Part shown: in pieces, positions 22,801 through 35,482 of the stretch
How positions within the stretch are numbered: position 1 is the stretch's first letter
Layout of the letters: every line of letters begins with the position of its first letter
Source: Torpedo marmorata
Taxonomy: Eukaryota
Length of the DNA stretch: 64,000 bases
Assembly: GCA_977017645.1 (NCBI GenBank)
Contig: OZ360224.1
Span: 207,514,001 to 207,578,000, forward strand
Direction: 5' to 3'
Program-made: the position numbers and the translations under genes
Notes under the pieces: generated by a model
Told to the model about the DNA's origin: nothing
The model's database searches: none
The model's input: the letters and a program-made list of their open reading frames with translations, nothing else

Positions 22801-23685
22801 TATAGAGTTAAGTCAAAAATTAATGAGGTCACCTATGTCATAGAAACACCTAATCACAGACGAGACACACAGGTCTGTCATGTGAATATGATTAAGCCAT
22901 ATTTTGAACAGGTGTAGCACAAAGATACTGAACATTTACCAGAGGTATTGTTTATCAACCGGGGTAAGGAGTAGATAGATAAAACCAGTTTCAGAGAGGG
23001 TCATGGGACTGTTAATTCTCGGGGTTATGTAGTAGGACAGGGGCAGTTGGCGCCAGTAGAGGAAAAGGTTGTGACTATTTCCGAGTTCCCTGTTCCAACT
23101 GGTAAGAAAACTCTGAGGACGTTCCTGGGAATGATTGGCTACTACCGCAAGTTCTATAAAAACTTTGCTGATCTTGTGCTCCCTCTCACAAATTTGCTTA
23201 GAAAGAGAGAAAAATTTGTATGGTCGACAGGTTGTCAGGAAGCAGTTGTCAAATTGAAAGCCATGTTATGCCACCAACCTGTGCTTAAGTCACCTAATTT
23301 AGAACAGCCGTTTTTTTTAGCCATGGATGCCAGCGATGAAGTTGTGGGCGCGGTGCTGTTACAGAAGAAGAATGAGGATGACATTGACCATCCGGTATCC
23401 TACTTCTCGAAGAAGTTCAATGATCATCAAAGGAATTATTCAACCATAGAAAAAGCGTTGTTAGTTCTTGTGTTGTCTCTACAACATTTTGATGTTTATA
23501 TCTGTACAGCTCAAAAAACACTCATAGTGTATACTGACCATAATCCATTGGTTTTTCTATGTAAAATGAAAAATAAGAATCGACGGTTGTTGAATTGGAG
23601 TCTAATTTTGCAAGAATATGATTTAGTAATAACACATATAAAAGGGAAAGATAATGTAATTGCTGATTGTCTTTCCAGATGCTAA
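19869..23685 (+). pseudogene. gag-pol: Disrupted gag-pol of the Gmr1-type element
   Basis: CHYCRKAGHMLASC knuckle, LRDTGA protease, GGHL..CHTC and YHPESQGDLERFH integrase, MDASD/YTDHNPL RNase H. Stops and frameshifts present. Confidence 0.9.
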
Positions 23686-24406
23686 ACTTTATAAATGAAA
23701 ATAATTCATATTTTGTGTTTTTGGATGAACATTGTGGGTTTTGTTTATATTGTAACACCTCAATTTCCAAACTTTTGTTCTTGCAGACCAAAATTGTCTT
23801 CGTGGGAGGTGTTATAGACCATGACTGACCATTTGGACTGTGGACGGTCAGCAGGAAGAATGAAGTCTTATGGAGTACACACTGGTACCTGGTACTGAAA
23901 GAGTTAACTTGCCCAGGACTTCTTGTATTTACCAGAGAGAGACACCAGGGGGAGACAGACTGTGAAAAGATACACTTGGTTGTTGGACTTTTGAATAAGG
24001 CAGGTGAAGACCTCTGCAGGAATGTTTAAAAGTTCAGTCGTGGAAAATTGAATCAGTGGCAGTTTTGGAGTTGCAAAGGCGGGAGAACTCAGCTGGATCC
24101 AGGCGTGTGCATCCCAGAGATAAAGTTGGGAGAAGAACACAGAGCCTTCTGAATCAGAAAAAAATCCAGGCTTGTGCATCCCAGGGGAAAAGGTTGGTAC
24201 CAAAAACAAGGCCTTGGTGATTCGGCAAAATCCTGAGTTGAGAGCAGCTTTTGTGAAGAACAGGCATGAGATCAGCGAGACAAGCTGTGAGATCCAAGTA
24301 CACACCTCAATCCAAAATGGATCTGGATTCGCAATCCTTGTGAAAACACCAGAAGGGAAAGTCATCAGAGAAGAAAAGCAAGCCAAGCATTTGTAAGCAT
24401 AAACAG

Positions 24407-25259
24407 TGTTACAAAATCAAACCAGCAACAACAGAAGACGCAATGCAAAAGGGGTAAAATTGAAATTTATATTTATTAAAGACAATTAAACATATAATTT
24501 CATAACAATTAACCCCACTATAAACGTCTATAATCACTATTCTTATCTAAAAGTTGTGTGTGTGTGTAAAGCCCAGACCATTACAGTCTGTGCCCAACCC
24601 TTATGTAAAAATGGAAAAACATTCCCCAAAAAACCCCAGTTCAGTTATAAAAACAAGTAAGTCAAAAAAAAGAATAAAACAGTCCACAAAATTCCACTAT
24701 CTAAGTTCAGGTTTCAAATTCAGCTCTGTGTCTGGTAGAAGTACTTCTGAATGAACGTTGGAGAGAGACAATGACTGTTTATGCTTACAAATACTTGTTT
24801 TTCTACTCTGATGACGTTCCCTTCTTGTGTTTTCATAAGGATTGCGAGTTCAGATCAGTATACCACTGATTGAGGCGTGTGCTTGGATCTCACAGCTGGT
24901 CTCGCTGATCTCACGCCTGTTCTCCACAGAAGAACTCAGGATTTCTCTGAGACAGGAGGCCATGTGCTATTCTTCCAGCCTTTTCTCTGGGATGCACAAG
25001 CCTGGATTTGGCTGTGTTCTCTAGCCTTTGCAACTCCCAACTGTCTGCTTTTTGCAGAGGTCTGCACCTGCTTTTGCAAAAGTGCAACAAAGTATCTTTT
25101 CCACAGCCTGTCTCTCTCTGCTCTCTCTCTCTCTCTCTGGGTACACCAAGTCCTGGGCAAGTTAACTCTTTCAGTACCTGGTCCCAGTGTGTACTCCAAA
25201 AGACTTCATCCTTCCTGCTGACCGTCCACAGTCCAAATGGTCAGTCATGGTCCATAACA
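24407..25259 (-). mobile_element. Inverted solo LTR of the same Gmr1-type family inserted in the 3' LTR
   Basis: Reverse complement of the LTR, with 4-bp TSD ACAG (24403-24406 and 25260-25263). Confidence 0.92.
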
Positions 25260-26639
25260 ACAGTCATTGTCTCTCTCTCTCCAACGTTCATTAAGAAGTC
25301 CTGCTTGCCAGCACACAGAGCTGAATTTGGACCCTGAACATAGAGAGTGAATTTTGTGGACTGTATTTTTGGGACTGACCTGTTTTTATGACTGACCTGG
25401 GGTTTTTGGGGAAGGTTTTTCCATTTTTACATGAGGGTTGGGCACAGACTGTAATGGTCTGGGCTTTACACACACACACACTTTTTAGATAAGAATAGAG
25501 TTTATAGACGTTTATAGTGGGGTTAATTGTTGTGAAATTATATGTTTAATTATCTTTAATAAATATAAATTTCAATTTTCCCCTTTTGCATTGCGTCTTC
25601 TGTCGTTGCTGGTTTGAATTTGTAACAATATGCACATTGTAAAATGTTTATGGCAATAACCTCATTATCATTATCTCCATTATCATTATCACTGTTTCTT
25701 TCTGTCTGGACCAGGACTGCCCAATGTTGCTTGTCATTCATCTGTATTGTTGGCTCAGTTTTTCTCACTCCAGAAGCGCAGCCTGACCTGTGGGACATGT
25801 CCCTCAGCTCCATTCAATGTCTTTCATGTCTCCTTCAGAATGTCGCAAAGCATTTTACATGCAATTAAGTTCTTTTACAGTGTAGGCACCACTGTGATAT
25901 AGGAAATGGTCTGGCAAATATGTGCGCTGACTAATAAGCAGATCTGCCTCTAACTGCCACAATCATTGATTTGGTCATGTCCTATCAGAGAAATTCCCAT
26001 CATTCCACTCATCACCATAAATGCAACCGTCCCATTAGCTTCTCTGCTGCTGCTGAAAACGAACGTATTCTCGCTTTCTCAGTTCTGTTGCAGGGTTTCA
26101 GACCTGAAACATTAACCGTTTCTCTGCCGCCGATGCTCCCAGTTCTGTTGAAGGATCTCAGTCCTGAAACATTAGCTGTTTCTCTCCCACAGATGCTGCC
26201 TGACTTGATGAGCCTTTCCATTATTTTCTGCATTTATTTTCTTTAGTTACCCTGCTCCCTCCTCTATCTCTATATCTTAAAACATGTAAAACGTGTCTGA
26301 TTTCTAACTTTCTGAGTTCTAGCAAAGGTCGTTGTCCTGAATTATTAACTGTTCTTCTCCACAGATGCTGCCTGACAGGTTGCATATTTCCAGTTGTTTT
26401 TATTTGAGATTTGCATCATCTGCATACTTTTATTTTGTTTTTAATTAGTGTTAGACCAAGGTCCCATTATGTCTTTGAAGTGGATGTAAAGCATCGCATG
26501 ACACAGTTTTGAAGAACAGGTGAGCTATCCCCAGTGACTTACCTCTTAATAAACATCATGAAAACAGATCGTCTGGCGATGACCCTGCTGGTGTTTGTGC
26601 CACACATTTGTTGCTAATTTCCATCATCACCGACAATCA

Positions 26640-27180
26640 GACAAGTGTGAGGTGATGCTTTTTTAAAGCTCATATGAGGCCAGGACGCGCACCATGAAGG
26701 GTAGGATCCTTGGGAGTATCGAGGAGCTGGACGACCTCAGAGTATAGGTTCATGGGTCCTTGAAGGTGGCAACATTATGGGGAAGGTGTGTGGAGTACTG
26801 GCCTTCATTGATTGGAGCAATGAATATAGAAGTAGGGAGGCTATGCATCAACTTTATGAAACAGCAGTCAGACCTTGGTGGAGCACTGCATGCAGTTCTG
26901 CTCACCAAGGTATAGGCAGGATGTGATAGTCTGGAGATCTGACTGGGATGGAGTTGTCCCAAGAGAAAGCACAGGAGAAGCTGGATCTGTTCTTCCTGGA
27001 GCAAATAAGGTGAACAGGGGGCATGACTAAGATGCACAGAATTGCTAACGTAGACTGCAGGAAACGTTCCCCCACATCACAGGTTTAGGGTAAGGGAGGA
27101 GAGATTGTGGAGATACAAGGTGGGGGGGGGTGGGGGGGAGGTTTCCTCAGCCACAGAGTGGTGATACAAGTGCCTGATGT
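26640..27180 (+). mobile_element. Highly degenerate CR1 fragment
   Basis: GACAAGTGTGAGGTGATGC and downstream similarity to 15265-15860. Confidence 0.55.
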
Positions 27181-27284
27181 AACGGTTGAAGTTTTTTGTA
27201 AAATAAAACTACAATCATACACCTTAAATTAAATTAAAGATCTATAATAAATATAAAAGGTAGATAATAAATATTTACAGTTAC

Positions 27285-27515
27285 GATGGTGCAAGGTTAG
27301 CGCAACACTATTACAACATCAGTGACCCAGGTTAGAATCTGGCACGGCCTGTAAGGAGTTTGTAGGTTCTCCCTGTGTCTGTGTGGGTTTCCTCTGGATA
27401 CTCTGGTTTCCTCCCACCCTCCATAAAAGTTCGGGTTTTATGGATTAATTTGGGCGGCATGCACTCGTGGCCAGAAGGGCCTGTTGCTGTGCTGTATCTC
27501 TCAACTAAAATTAAA
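27285..27515 (+). mobile_element. V-SINE (HE1-like)
   Basis: V-domain-like GTTCTCCCTGTGTCTGTGTGGGTTTCCTC and a CR1-like tail. Confidence 0.75.
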
Positions 27516-27539
27516 TTTAAAAAATACATATATATTTTT

Positions 27540-28215
27540 AAATGGCATTACAATAGTGCAGACAAGCCTTTTGTGGTTTCAGAGTAGTTTATAATCAGTG
27601 CAATAAAGGGAGGTTCAGGAGCCTGACAGCAGTTGGAAAGAAACTGTTCTTGAACCTGGAGGTGCTGGTTTTCAGTCTTCTGCCTGAAGGGAGCAGTGAG
27701 AAGAGGTTGTGAGCAGGGTGATGGGGTCCTTTATGATGTCCAGAGGATGGGAGATCAGAGTCTTTGCTGGGCCTGGCTATGTTTGCTACCTTCTGCAGCC
27801 TTCTGCATTCCCGGGCATTCTAATTCCCAAACCGAGCCGTGTTGCATCCAGTCAGTATACTTTCCGCAGTGCACCTGTAGAAGTTCAATGCAGTATTCGA
27901 CAACGTGCTTCCTAGAAAGTCGAAGCATTGGTGTTCCTTCTTAATGACTACCTCGTTGTGCTGACTCCAGGAGAGGTCTTTTGCTATATGGACTCTGTTG
28001 AACTTGAAGGCACTAACCCTCTCCACCTCCCTCCCATCAATGCAGACAGGTGTGTGGTTTCTCGGCGTCCCCTTTCTAAAATCCACAATAAGCTCCTTGG
28101 TCTTCGTGACGTTGTGGGCAAGATTGCTGTACTGGTACCACCCAACCAGGTTCTCGATCTCCATCCTGTATTCTGACTCATCGTTTCCTGTTATTCAGCC
28201 AATGACAGTGGTGGA
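27540..28215 (-). mobile_element. Rex1/Babar-type LINE RT fragment
   Basis: NVTKTKELIVDFRK...VERVSAFKF on the minus strand. Confidence 0.75.
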
Positions 28216-28269
28216 ATCATTGCAGACTCAAGGTACTCTGCAAAGCAATGGCTCAATCTGCATTTGCTT

Positions 28270-28680
28270 TCTTCTCTAAGGTGGAGGAGGCCTTATTCTG
28301 AATACAGTCACAATAGATTGGAGGAGTGCAAGTGAACTGCTACTTTACGTGGAAGGACAATTTGGTTCCCTGGATGGTAGATAGCGTGGTGAAAGGACAG
28401 CTGTTGCGCCTCCTGCACTGGCATGGGGGAGACAGGGAATGGTTGGTGAGGACAGAAGAGCAGAGACCAGGGCGTCCGAAGGGAAAAGTCATTCGAAAAG
28501 CTGAAAGGGAAGGGGAGGGGACCGTGCACCTGCGGGTGGAATCCTGTTGGGTCTGGTGGAAACTGTAAAGGAAGATCCGGTGTCTGACTGGTGGGGTGGC
28601 AAGGTGGGGAAAATACTGGGGGTGGATGAGGCAGAAAATGGATGAGATTAAATGGACAAGGATAATAGCAGAGGGGAATC
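28270..28680 (-). mobile_element. Degenerate Penelope-like fragment
   Basis: Similar to the GIY-YIG region at 35100-35480. Confidence 0.6.
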
Positions 28681-29729
28681 CACATTTCCAGCTGTACCAT
28701 CGTCAACCAAGCTACAACTGGCATCAAACTGTCTAGATATAAAGGGATGTTCACTACCTTTCCTCCTCTAAAAGGGACACTCTGTTGACATGGGGGACGA
28801 TTGCAGGCTGATCGATCAGTTTTCACAGTCCATACAATGTGCATAAACAGAGGGTATTTTCTCCGGCATTTAGCTGCCAAGAGGCTTTGCATGGACGTCT
28901 CAGTGACAGTCTAGGCAGTGCTCCATGACAGGAGGCATCGATATGGGAAGGAAGTTGGCTTGGAGAGAACCGACTACCAAAGAGTCAACAGCCTCCCACA
29001 CACAAAATGCTAGAGCAATTCAATGGGTGAGGCAGCATCCGGGGAAGGCAAAAGATAGTCAATGTTTCAGGCTGACACTCGTCATCATGACTGGGAAGAG
29101 GGCAGAAGCCAGAATAGAAGGAAAACTTTGAGGGGCACCCTGTGGAAAATCTCATCAACAGAGCAAATGCAATGGAGATGGGCCGAGAGTATGGAATGGA
29201 GTCCTTATAACCATTGAGTCGGAAGAAGCACAGTTTCAACGATGATATTGGGCTGACTGAACAGATTCCACAGAGGGCAGTTTGCTCAGTAGTCATTATG
29301 GCAGAATTTAACATTAAAAACTCACTTTGTCTTCCTATGCCAGAATCCATCATTTTCAGGGCACGCTACCGTTCAACAAGTTTGCAACAAACTTTAATTC
29401 ATGACAGTTCCTCAGATTTACTCTGATTACACTGGACAATGAAGATTTTACTTCCTGAACACTTTTGGGTATATTATATGGATTTTCGATTGCTGATCAC
29501 GAAAATCACCTTACAATTTTCCTATTACGCACAATTTTCGAGGTATAACCTATTTTTGTGATTTCCTATCATATTTTAAGTCTACTAGTATATTGCCCAC
29601 AAAACAAGCGGTTTTGGTCAGTCCAAGCATGCCTGGGCATGCACTCAGTGCAGGTGTTATGCAAATATTGTCTTAGGCCTGGGCATGCTTAGTCAGGATA
29701 GATGCAGACAGGCTTTTAATGCAAGAAGT

Positions 29730-32700
29730 TGATGTACCTATCAATGACAGACGCGAGTCTGGAAGTGCAGGAAATCAATAGGCTTTTAATACCAGAAATC
29801 AGGCCAGGGCTAAGCTACACTTTGACCTGGTTATCCCTGCTGGATTGTCCCGGAACTGAGGGAGGAGTCAATGGCTCAAGGCCTTTATTCCAGGGGAAAG
29901 GGGGGAGGAGTCACCGGGACAGACAGACAGGTCATGGTCATACTTGCCTCAGGCCACAATACATATATACATACTAAAGTGGTTTACCACATTCACCCCT
30001 TCTTTTAGAACAAGTCCGACGGGGGGGGTGAAGTGGATACCGTAATTAAAGAAAACACAATTAAACATAGATTATTTACATAGTCATTATTACGTCTACA
30101 GGTTGAGTCTAACCGGCGGCCGGATTCGCCGCTGTGAACTGCGTAATACCAGCGGTGATGGTAGTGGTTGTGGAATGAGGGTACGTGATGCCTGCGGAGA
30201 TGGTTGTGGTTGTGGAACGGGAGTAGGTGTAGTAGGGTGGGTCTGGGTCTGGTTTGCCTCCTGCCTGGCTTGTGGCCTTTCCAGCTCCGGCTGGGGCGTT
30301 GTACCCGTCGTGCTGGGAGGCGGATGGGCCGGAGGGGGCAGCTGTGACCCGGCGTTCCCGCTGTCGGGGACCTCTTCTGACGCTCCTGCAGGCGCCAGGT
30401 CCCGTATTGACACCGTGTCTTTCGCCCGTCGGGGAAAACCACGAATGCGTACTGCGGGTTCGCATGGATCAGCTGCACCCTCTCGACCAAGGGCTCGTAC
30501 TTGCTACTCCGAAGATGTTTGCGGAGTAGCACCGGTCCCGGGGACGTCAGCCAGGCAGGGAGGGTAGTCCCGGTAGTCGATTTTCTGGGGAAGGAAAAGA
30601 GACGTTCGTGAGGGGTAGCGTTAGTGGCAATACATAAGAGGGATCGTATAGAGTGGAGGGCGTCCGGGAGAACCTCCTGCCAGCGGGCCACTGGCCACCC
30701 TTTTGATTTCAGGGCCAGTAGTGTAGCTGTCCATACAGTGGCGTTCTCCCTCTCCACCTGTCCGTTCCCCCGTGGGTTGTACCCCGTGGTCCTACTGGTG
30801 GCGATGCCTCGGGTCTGCAAATGCTGTCGCAGCTCCTCGCTCATGAACGCGGATCCCCGGTCGCTATGGATATAGCTGGGGAACCCGAACAAGGTGAATA
30901 CCTGGCGGAGGGCCTTGATAGCCGAAGCCGCCGAGGTATCTGGGCAGGGGATGGCAAAGGGGAACCGCGAGTACTCATCGATGATGTTAAGGAAGTACAC
31001 ATTGCGGTTCGTGGAGGGAAGGGGGCCCTTGAAGTCTACACTGAGACGTTCGAACGGGCGTGTGGCCTTGACCAGCTGTGCTCTGTCGGGGCGGTAGTAC
31101 TGCGGTTTGCATTCTGCACAGACTCGGCAGCTGCTGGTCATGGTTCTGACCTCATCCAGGGAGAAAGGCAGGTTCCGTGCTTTGATGAAGTGGAACAGCC
31201 TGGTGACTCCTGAGTGGCAGAGGTCGTTGTGTAGGGAGTATAACCGGTCGATCTGCGCGCTGGCGCACGATCCCCGGGATAGAGCGTCAGGGGGCTCGTT
31301 GAGCTTCCCGGGCCGGTACATGATGTCGTAATTGTAGGTGGAGAGTTCTATTCTCCACCTCATGATTTTGTCATTCTTGATTTTACCCCGCTGCTGGCTG
31401 TTAAACATGAATGCGACGGAGCGCTGGTCCGTCAGCAGGGTAAAATATTTTCCGGCGAGATAGTGCCTCCAGTGCCGAACAGCCTCAACAATGGCCTGGG
31501 CCTCTTTCTCTACCGCGGAGTGCCGAATTTCGGGGCCTTGAAGGGTGCGGGAGAAAAACGCTACCGGTCTTCCCGCCTGGTTGAGGGTAGCAGCCAGTGC
31601 GAAGTCCGAGGCGTCACTCTCCACCTGAAAAGTTTCCGACTCGTCCACCGCGTGCATCGCTGCTCGGGCGATGTCCCCTTTTATGAGGTCGAAAGCCTCA
31701 CGTGCCTCCGCTGCAAGGGGAAACTTGGTGGACTTGACGAGGGGTCGGGCTTTGTCCGCGTAGTTTGGGACCCACTGCGCATAATACGAGAAGAACCCGA
31801 GGCATCGTTTAAGGGCTTTGGGGGTAAGGGGAATCGGAAGTTCCAACAGGGGGCGCATGCGGTCGGGGTCGGGTCCAATCACCCCGTTCTCCACGACGCA
31901 CACCAGGATAGCGAGTCGGGTAGTCCCGAACACGCATTTCTCCTCGTTATAGGTGAGGTTCAGCGTCTTAGCCGTCTGCAGGAACTTCCGAAGGTTCCTA
32001 TCGTGATCCTGGCGATCATGACCACAAATGGTGATGTCGTCCAGGTACGGGAAGGTGGCAGTGAGCTTGAACTGGTCAATGATCCTGTCCATCTCCCGTT
32101 GAAAAACGGATAACCCATTTGTTTCCCCGAAGGGGACGCGCAGAAAATGGAATAATCTGCCGTCCGCCTCGAAAGCGGTGTACGCTCGGTCCTCCCGGCG
32201 AATCGGAAGCTGGTGGTAAGCTGACTTTAGGTCGATAGTGGAGAATACTTTATACTGCGCGATCTGGTTGACCATATCCACGATTCTTGGCAGCGGATAG
32301 GCATCCAGTTGCGTGAACCGGTTGATGGTCTGGCTATAGTCCACCACCATCTGGCTCTTAGCCCCGTTCTTCACCACGACTACCTGTGCTCTCCAGGGGC
32401 TGTTACTGGGTGCTATGATCCCTTCCCCCAGTAAACGATGCACCTCCGCCTTAATGAATGCCCTGTCCCCTGCACTGTATCGCCTACTTTTAGTTGCAAT
32501 GGGCTTACAGTCAGGGGTCAGGTTGGCGAAAAGTGGCGGGGGTTGGGTCTTCAGCGTGGAGAGACCACAGGTAGTCTGGGGCGTATTATTCAAATACTGG
32601 GGGTTAGTCACTACGATCGGGGGGTGGGGCCCATCATAGTGCATGGTGACGCTTCGCAGGTGGCTTTGGAAGTCCAGTCCCAGCAATACAGGAGCACACA

Positions 32701-34494
32701 AACGGGGCATGACCATCAATGAAAACCCGCGATATTCCGTGCCCTGCACTACTATATTCGCCACACAACCCCCCCGGATGTCTGTTGTGTGCGTTCCAGA
32801 CGCCATGGCCACCCTCTGGCTTACCGGTACAATGGTGAGGCCACAGCGCTGGGCAGTGTCTGGGTGAATAAAACTTTCAGTGCTGCCTGTGTCGAACAGG
32901 CAGGTAGTCTTATGCCCCTCAACTAGTATGTCCATCATCGATCTGGACAGCTGATGGGGCGCGCTCTGATCCAGCGTCACGGATGCCAGGGTCGAGACGT
33001 AGTCTTGATCCGACGAGTCGTCTTGATCCGACGCTGATGGCAGCTCCCGTAGCGCACACGTGTCGCTACAAGATGGCGGCGCCGGAAGTGCTGGCAAAGC
33101 CGCGGCGAGGTTGTAAAATGGCCGCGCCGGAAATGTAGAAACCGGAAGTGCAGAAGGCCAAGATGGCCGCCTCCATTCCTCGCACGAGGTCTCCGCCGTA
33201 AGTGACGACAGGTAAGATGGCCGCTCCCCTACTTCGCACGCGGCGCTGCTCGAAACCCGAAGTGCTGAAAACCGAGATGGCCGCCTCCATTCCTCGCACG
33301 AGGTCTCCGCCGGAAGTGACGACAGGTAAGATGGCCGCTCCCTTACTTCGCACGCGGCGCTGCTCGGACCCGTACGCGACTTGGAGCGGCAGGCTTTAGC
33401 ATAGTGGCCTTTCTTGCCACAGCTAGAACAAGTCGCGTCTCGGGCCGGGCAGCGCTTGCGTGGGTGTTTGTCGAGCCCGCAGAAGTAGCACTTCTTGGGC
33501 TCCCGGGTGACAGCGGCAGCGGTTAACTCACGGGTGGCGGCGGTCTACCGGGCAGCGGCGGCAGCGGCCAACTCACGGATAGCGTCGGCGGCGGCGAGCG
33601 GGTCCCGGTAGACGGCAGCGGCCGTCGGGTTGCTTGCAGGGCTGGCGGTTGGGGCGATCCAAGAGGCAGGCTGCGCCTGCATGGCGTCAGCATTCTTGAG
33701 CGCCGATTCCAGCGTGAGGGCATTCTGAACGGTAGATCTCAGGGTCAGGTCGGCGTGTTCCAGCAATCGCTGGCGAATGTAAACCGACCTGAGCCCAATA
33801 ATGATCGTGTCCCTTGCCAATATTTCGGCGTGTTGCTCAGCCGTCAGGGCTCGGCAATCGCACGCCCGCACCAGGAGCATCACGTCCTGGATGTATTCAG
33901 AGATCGACTCTCCGGGTCGCTGGTAGCGTTGCGATAACCGGTGCCTCGCGAAAACCTCGTTCACCGGCGTCAGGTACAGCCTTCGGAGGGCTTCCAAGGC
34001 ATCCTCATAGGTATCACAGTCTCTAACAGTGCCATACACTCGTTTGCTTACCCTGGACATGAGGATGTCGAGTTTATGCTCGTTGGTAACCGCTCTGGTC
34101 GACTTCAGGAAGGCTACGAAGCAGCGCAGCCAGAGTTCAAAGTCACTTGCAGCGTCTTGGGCCAGGGGGTCGATGTCCAGCTTGTCCGGCCTCAGAAAAT
34201 TCTCCATCGGATTTTTAGAACTGGTATTAAAATTGATGTACCTATCAATGACAGACGCGAGTCTGGAAGTGCAGGAAATCAATAGGCTTTTAATACCAGA
34301 AATCAGGCCAGGGCTAAGCTACACTTTGACCTGGTGATCCCTGCTGGATTGTCCCGGAACTGAGGGAGGAGTCAATGGCTCAAGGCCTTTATTCCAGGGG
34401 AAAGGGGGAGGAGTCACCGGGACAGACAGACAGGTCATGGTCATACTTGCCTCAGGCCACAATACATATATACATACTAAAGTGGTTTACCACA
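29730..34494 (-). mobile_element. Full-length Gypsy element, sister subfamily (B) of the tandem element
   Basis: LTRs at 29730-29991 and 34234-34494 are nearly identical. 5-bp TSD GAAGT (29725-29729 and 34495-34499). Same PPT; protein closely similar to 2129-6226. Confidence 0.96.
30096..34207 (-). pseudogene. gag-pol: gag-pol of element B with one nonsense codon and one frameshift
   Basis: ATG at 34207. In-frame TAG at 33545-33547 where copy A has GAG. 1-bp deletion near 30425 (DGRK vs DGRED). Confidence 0.9.
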
Positions 34495-35482
34495 GAAGTA
34501 AAACACGAAAATCTGTAGACACCGTGGTTGAAGTAAAAAACACAAATGCTGGAGAAACTCAGCAGGTCAAACAGTGTCTTTTATGTAGCAAAGGTAGAAA
34601 TACATAACTGACGTTTCGGGCTTGAGCCCTTCATCAAAGTATGAGAAAATGCCGGCAGGCGTCCGAACAAAAGAGTGAGGGGGGGAAGGCGGGGTGGCAA
34701 AGGCAGGAGATGATAGGTGGAGAAAGGAGGGAGGGGACAGCAGAAAAGAGGGGGAGGAGGGATGGCTGGGTGGGTGGAAAAACACAGGAAGGACAGGTTA
34801 GGGGGGAGTGGAAGGAAAAGACAAGCAGGTTTAGTGGAAAGCAGAAAAGTCAATGTTAATGCCATCTGGCTGGAGAGTGCCCAGACGAAAATGAGATGTT
34901 GTACCTCCAATTTGCGGGTAGTCTGGGTGGGATAGTACATAAGGCCATGGACAGACATGTGACTGTGGGAGTGTGACTCGGAATTGAAATGGCTGGCTAC
35001 TGGGAGGTCGCTGTTGTTGCGGACGGAGAGCAGGTGCTCAGCAAAGCGATCTCCCAATCTACGACCGGTCTCTCCGATGTAGAGAAAGCCACAAAGGGAG
35101 CACTGGATGCAGTAAATAAGTTCTCTGGATGTACAAGTGAAGTATAGTTTGACTTGGAAGGCCTGTTTGGGGCCCCGGACTGTGGTGAGGGGGGAGGTGT
35201 GGGCGCAGGTGTTGCACCTCCTGCGGGCACAGGGGAAGGTGTCGGGGGTGCGATGGGTGGGGAGGGATGAGTGCACGAGGGAATCACGGAGGGAGCGGTC
35301 CCTGTGGAAGGCCGAGAGGGGAGGAGAAGGAAAAATGTGTCTGGTGGTGGTATCCTGTAGTAAGTGCCGGAAATTCCAGCGGATAATGTGTTGGATGCGG
35401 AGGCTGGTGGGGTGGTAAGTGAGGATGAGGGGGATTCTATGTTTGTTGCATCTGGGGGCAGAGGGGGCCAGGGCAGATGTCC
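34495..35482 (-). mobile_element. 5'-truncated Penelope-like retroelement with GIY-YIG endonuclease remnant
   Basis: FTCTSRELIYCIQCSLCGFLYIGETGRRLGDRFAEH followed by the pLTR. Confidence 0.92.

Larger units (their letters stand above)
19195..25627 (+). mobile_element. Gmr1-type Gypsy LTR retrotransposon (Gag-PR-IN-[RT deleted]-RH), decayed
   Basis: TGTTAT...GTAACA LTRs at 19195-19734 (internally deleted) and 23810-25627. 4-bp TSD ATAT, tRNA-Pro-type PBS TGGGGGCTCGTCC at 19739, PPT before 23810, integrase upstream of RNase H. Confidence 0.92.

Noticed and set aside
33545-33547. In-frame TAG as programmed gag/pol readthrough
   Set aside because: It lies upstream of the zinc knuckles and copy A has GAG there, so a nonsense mutation is simpler.
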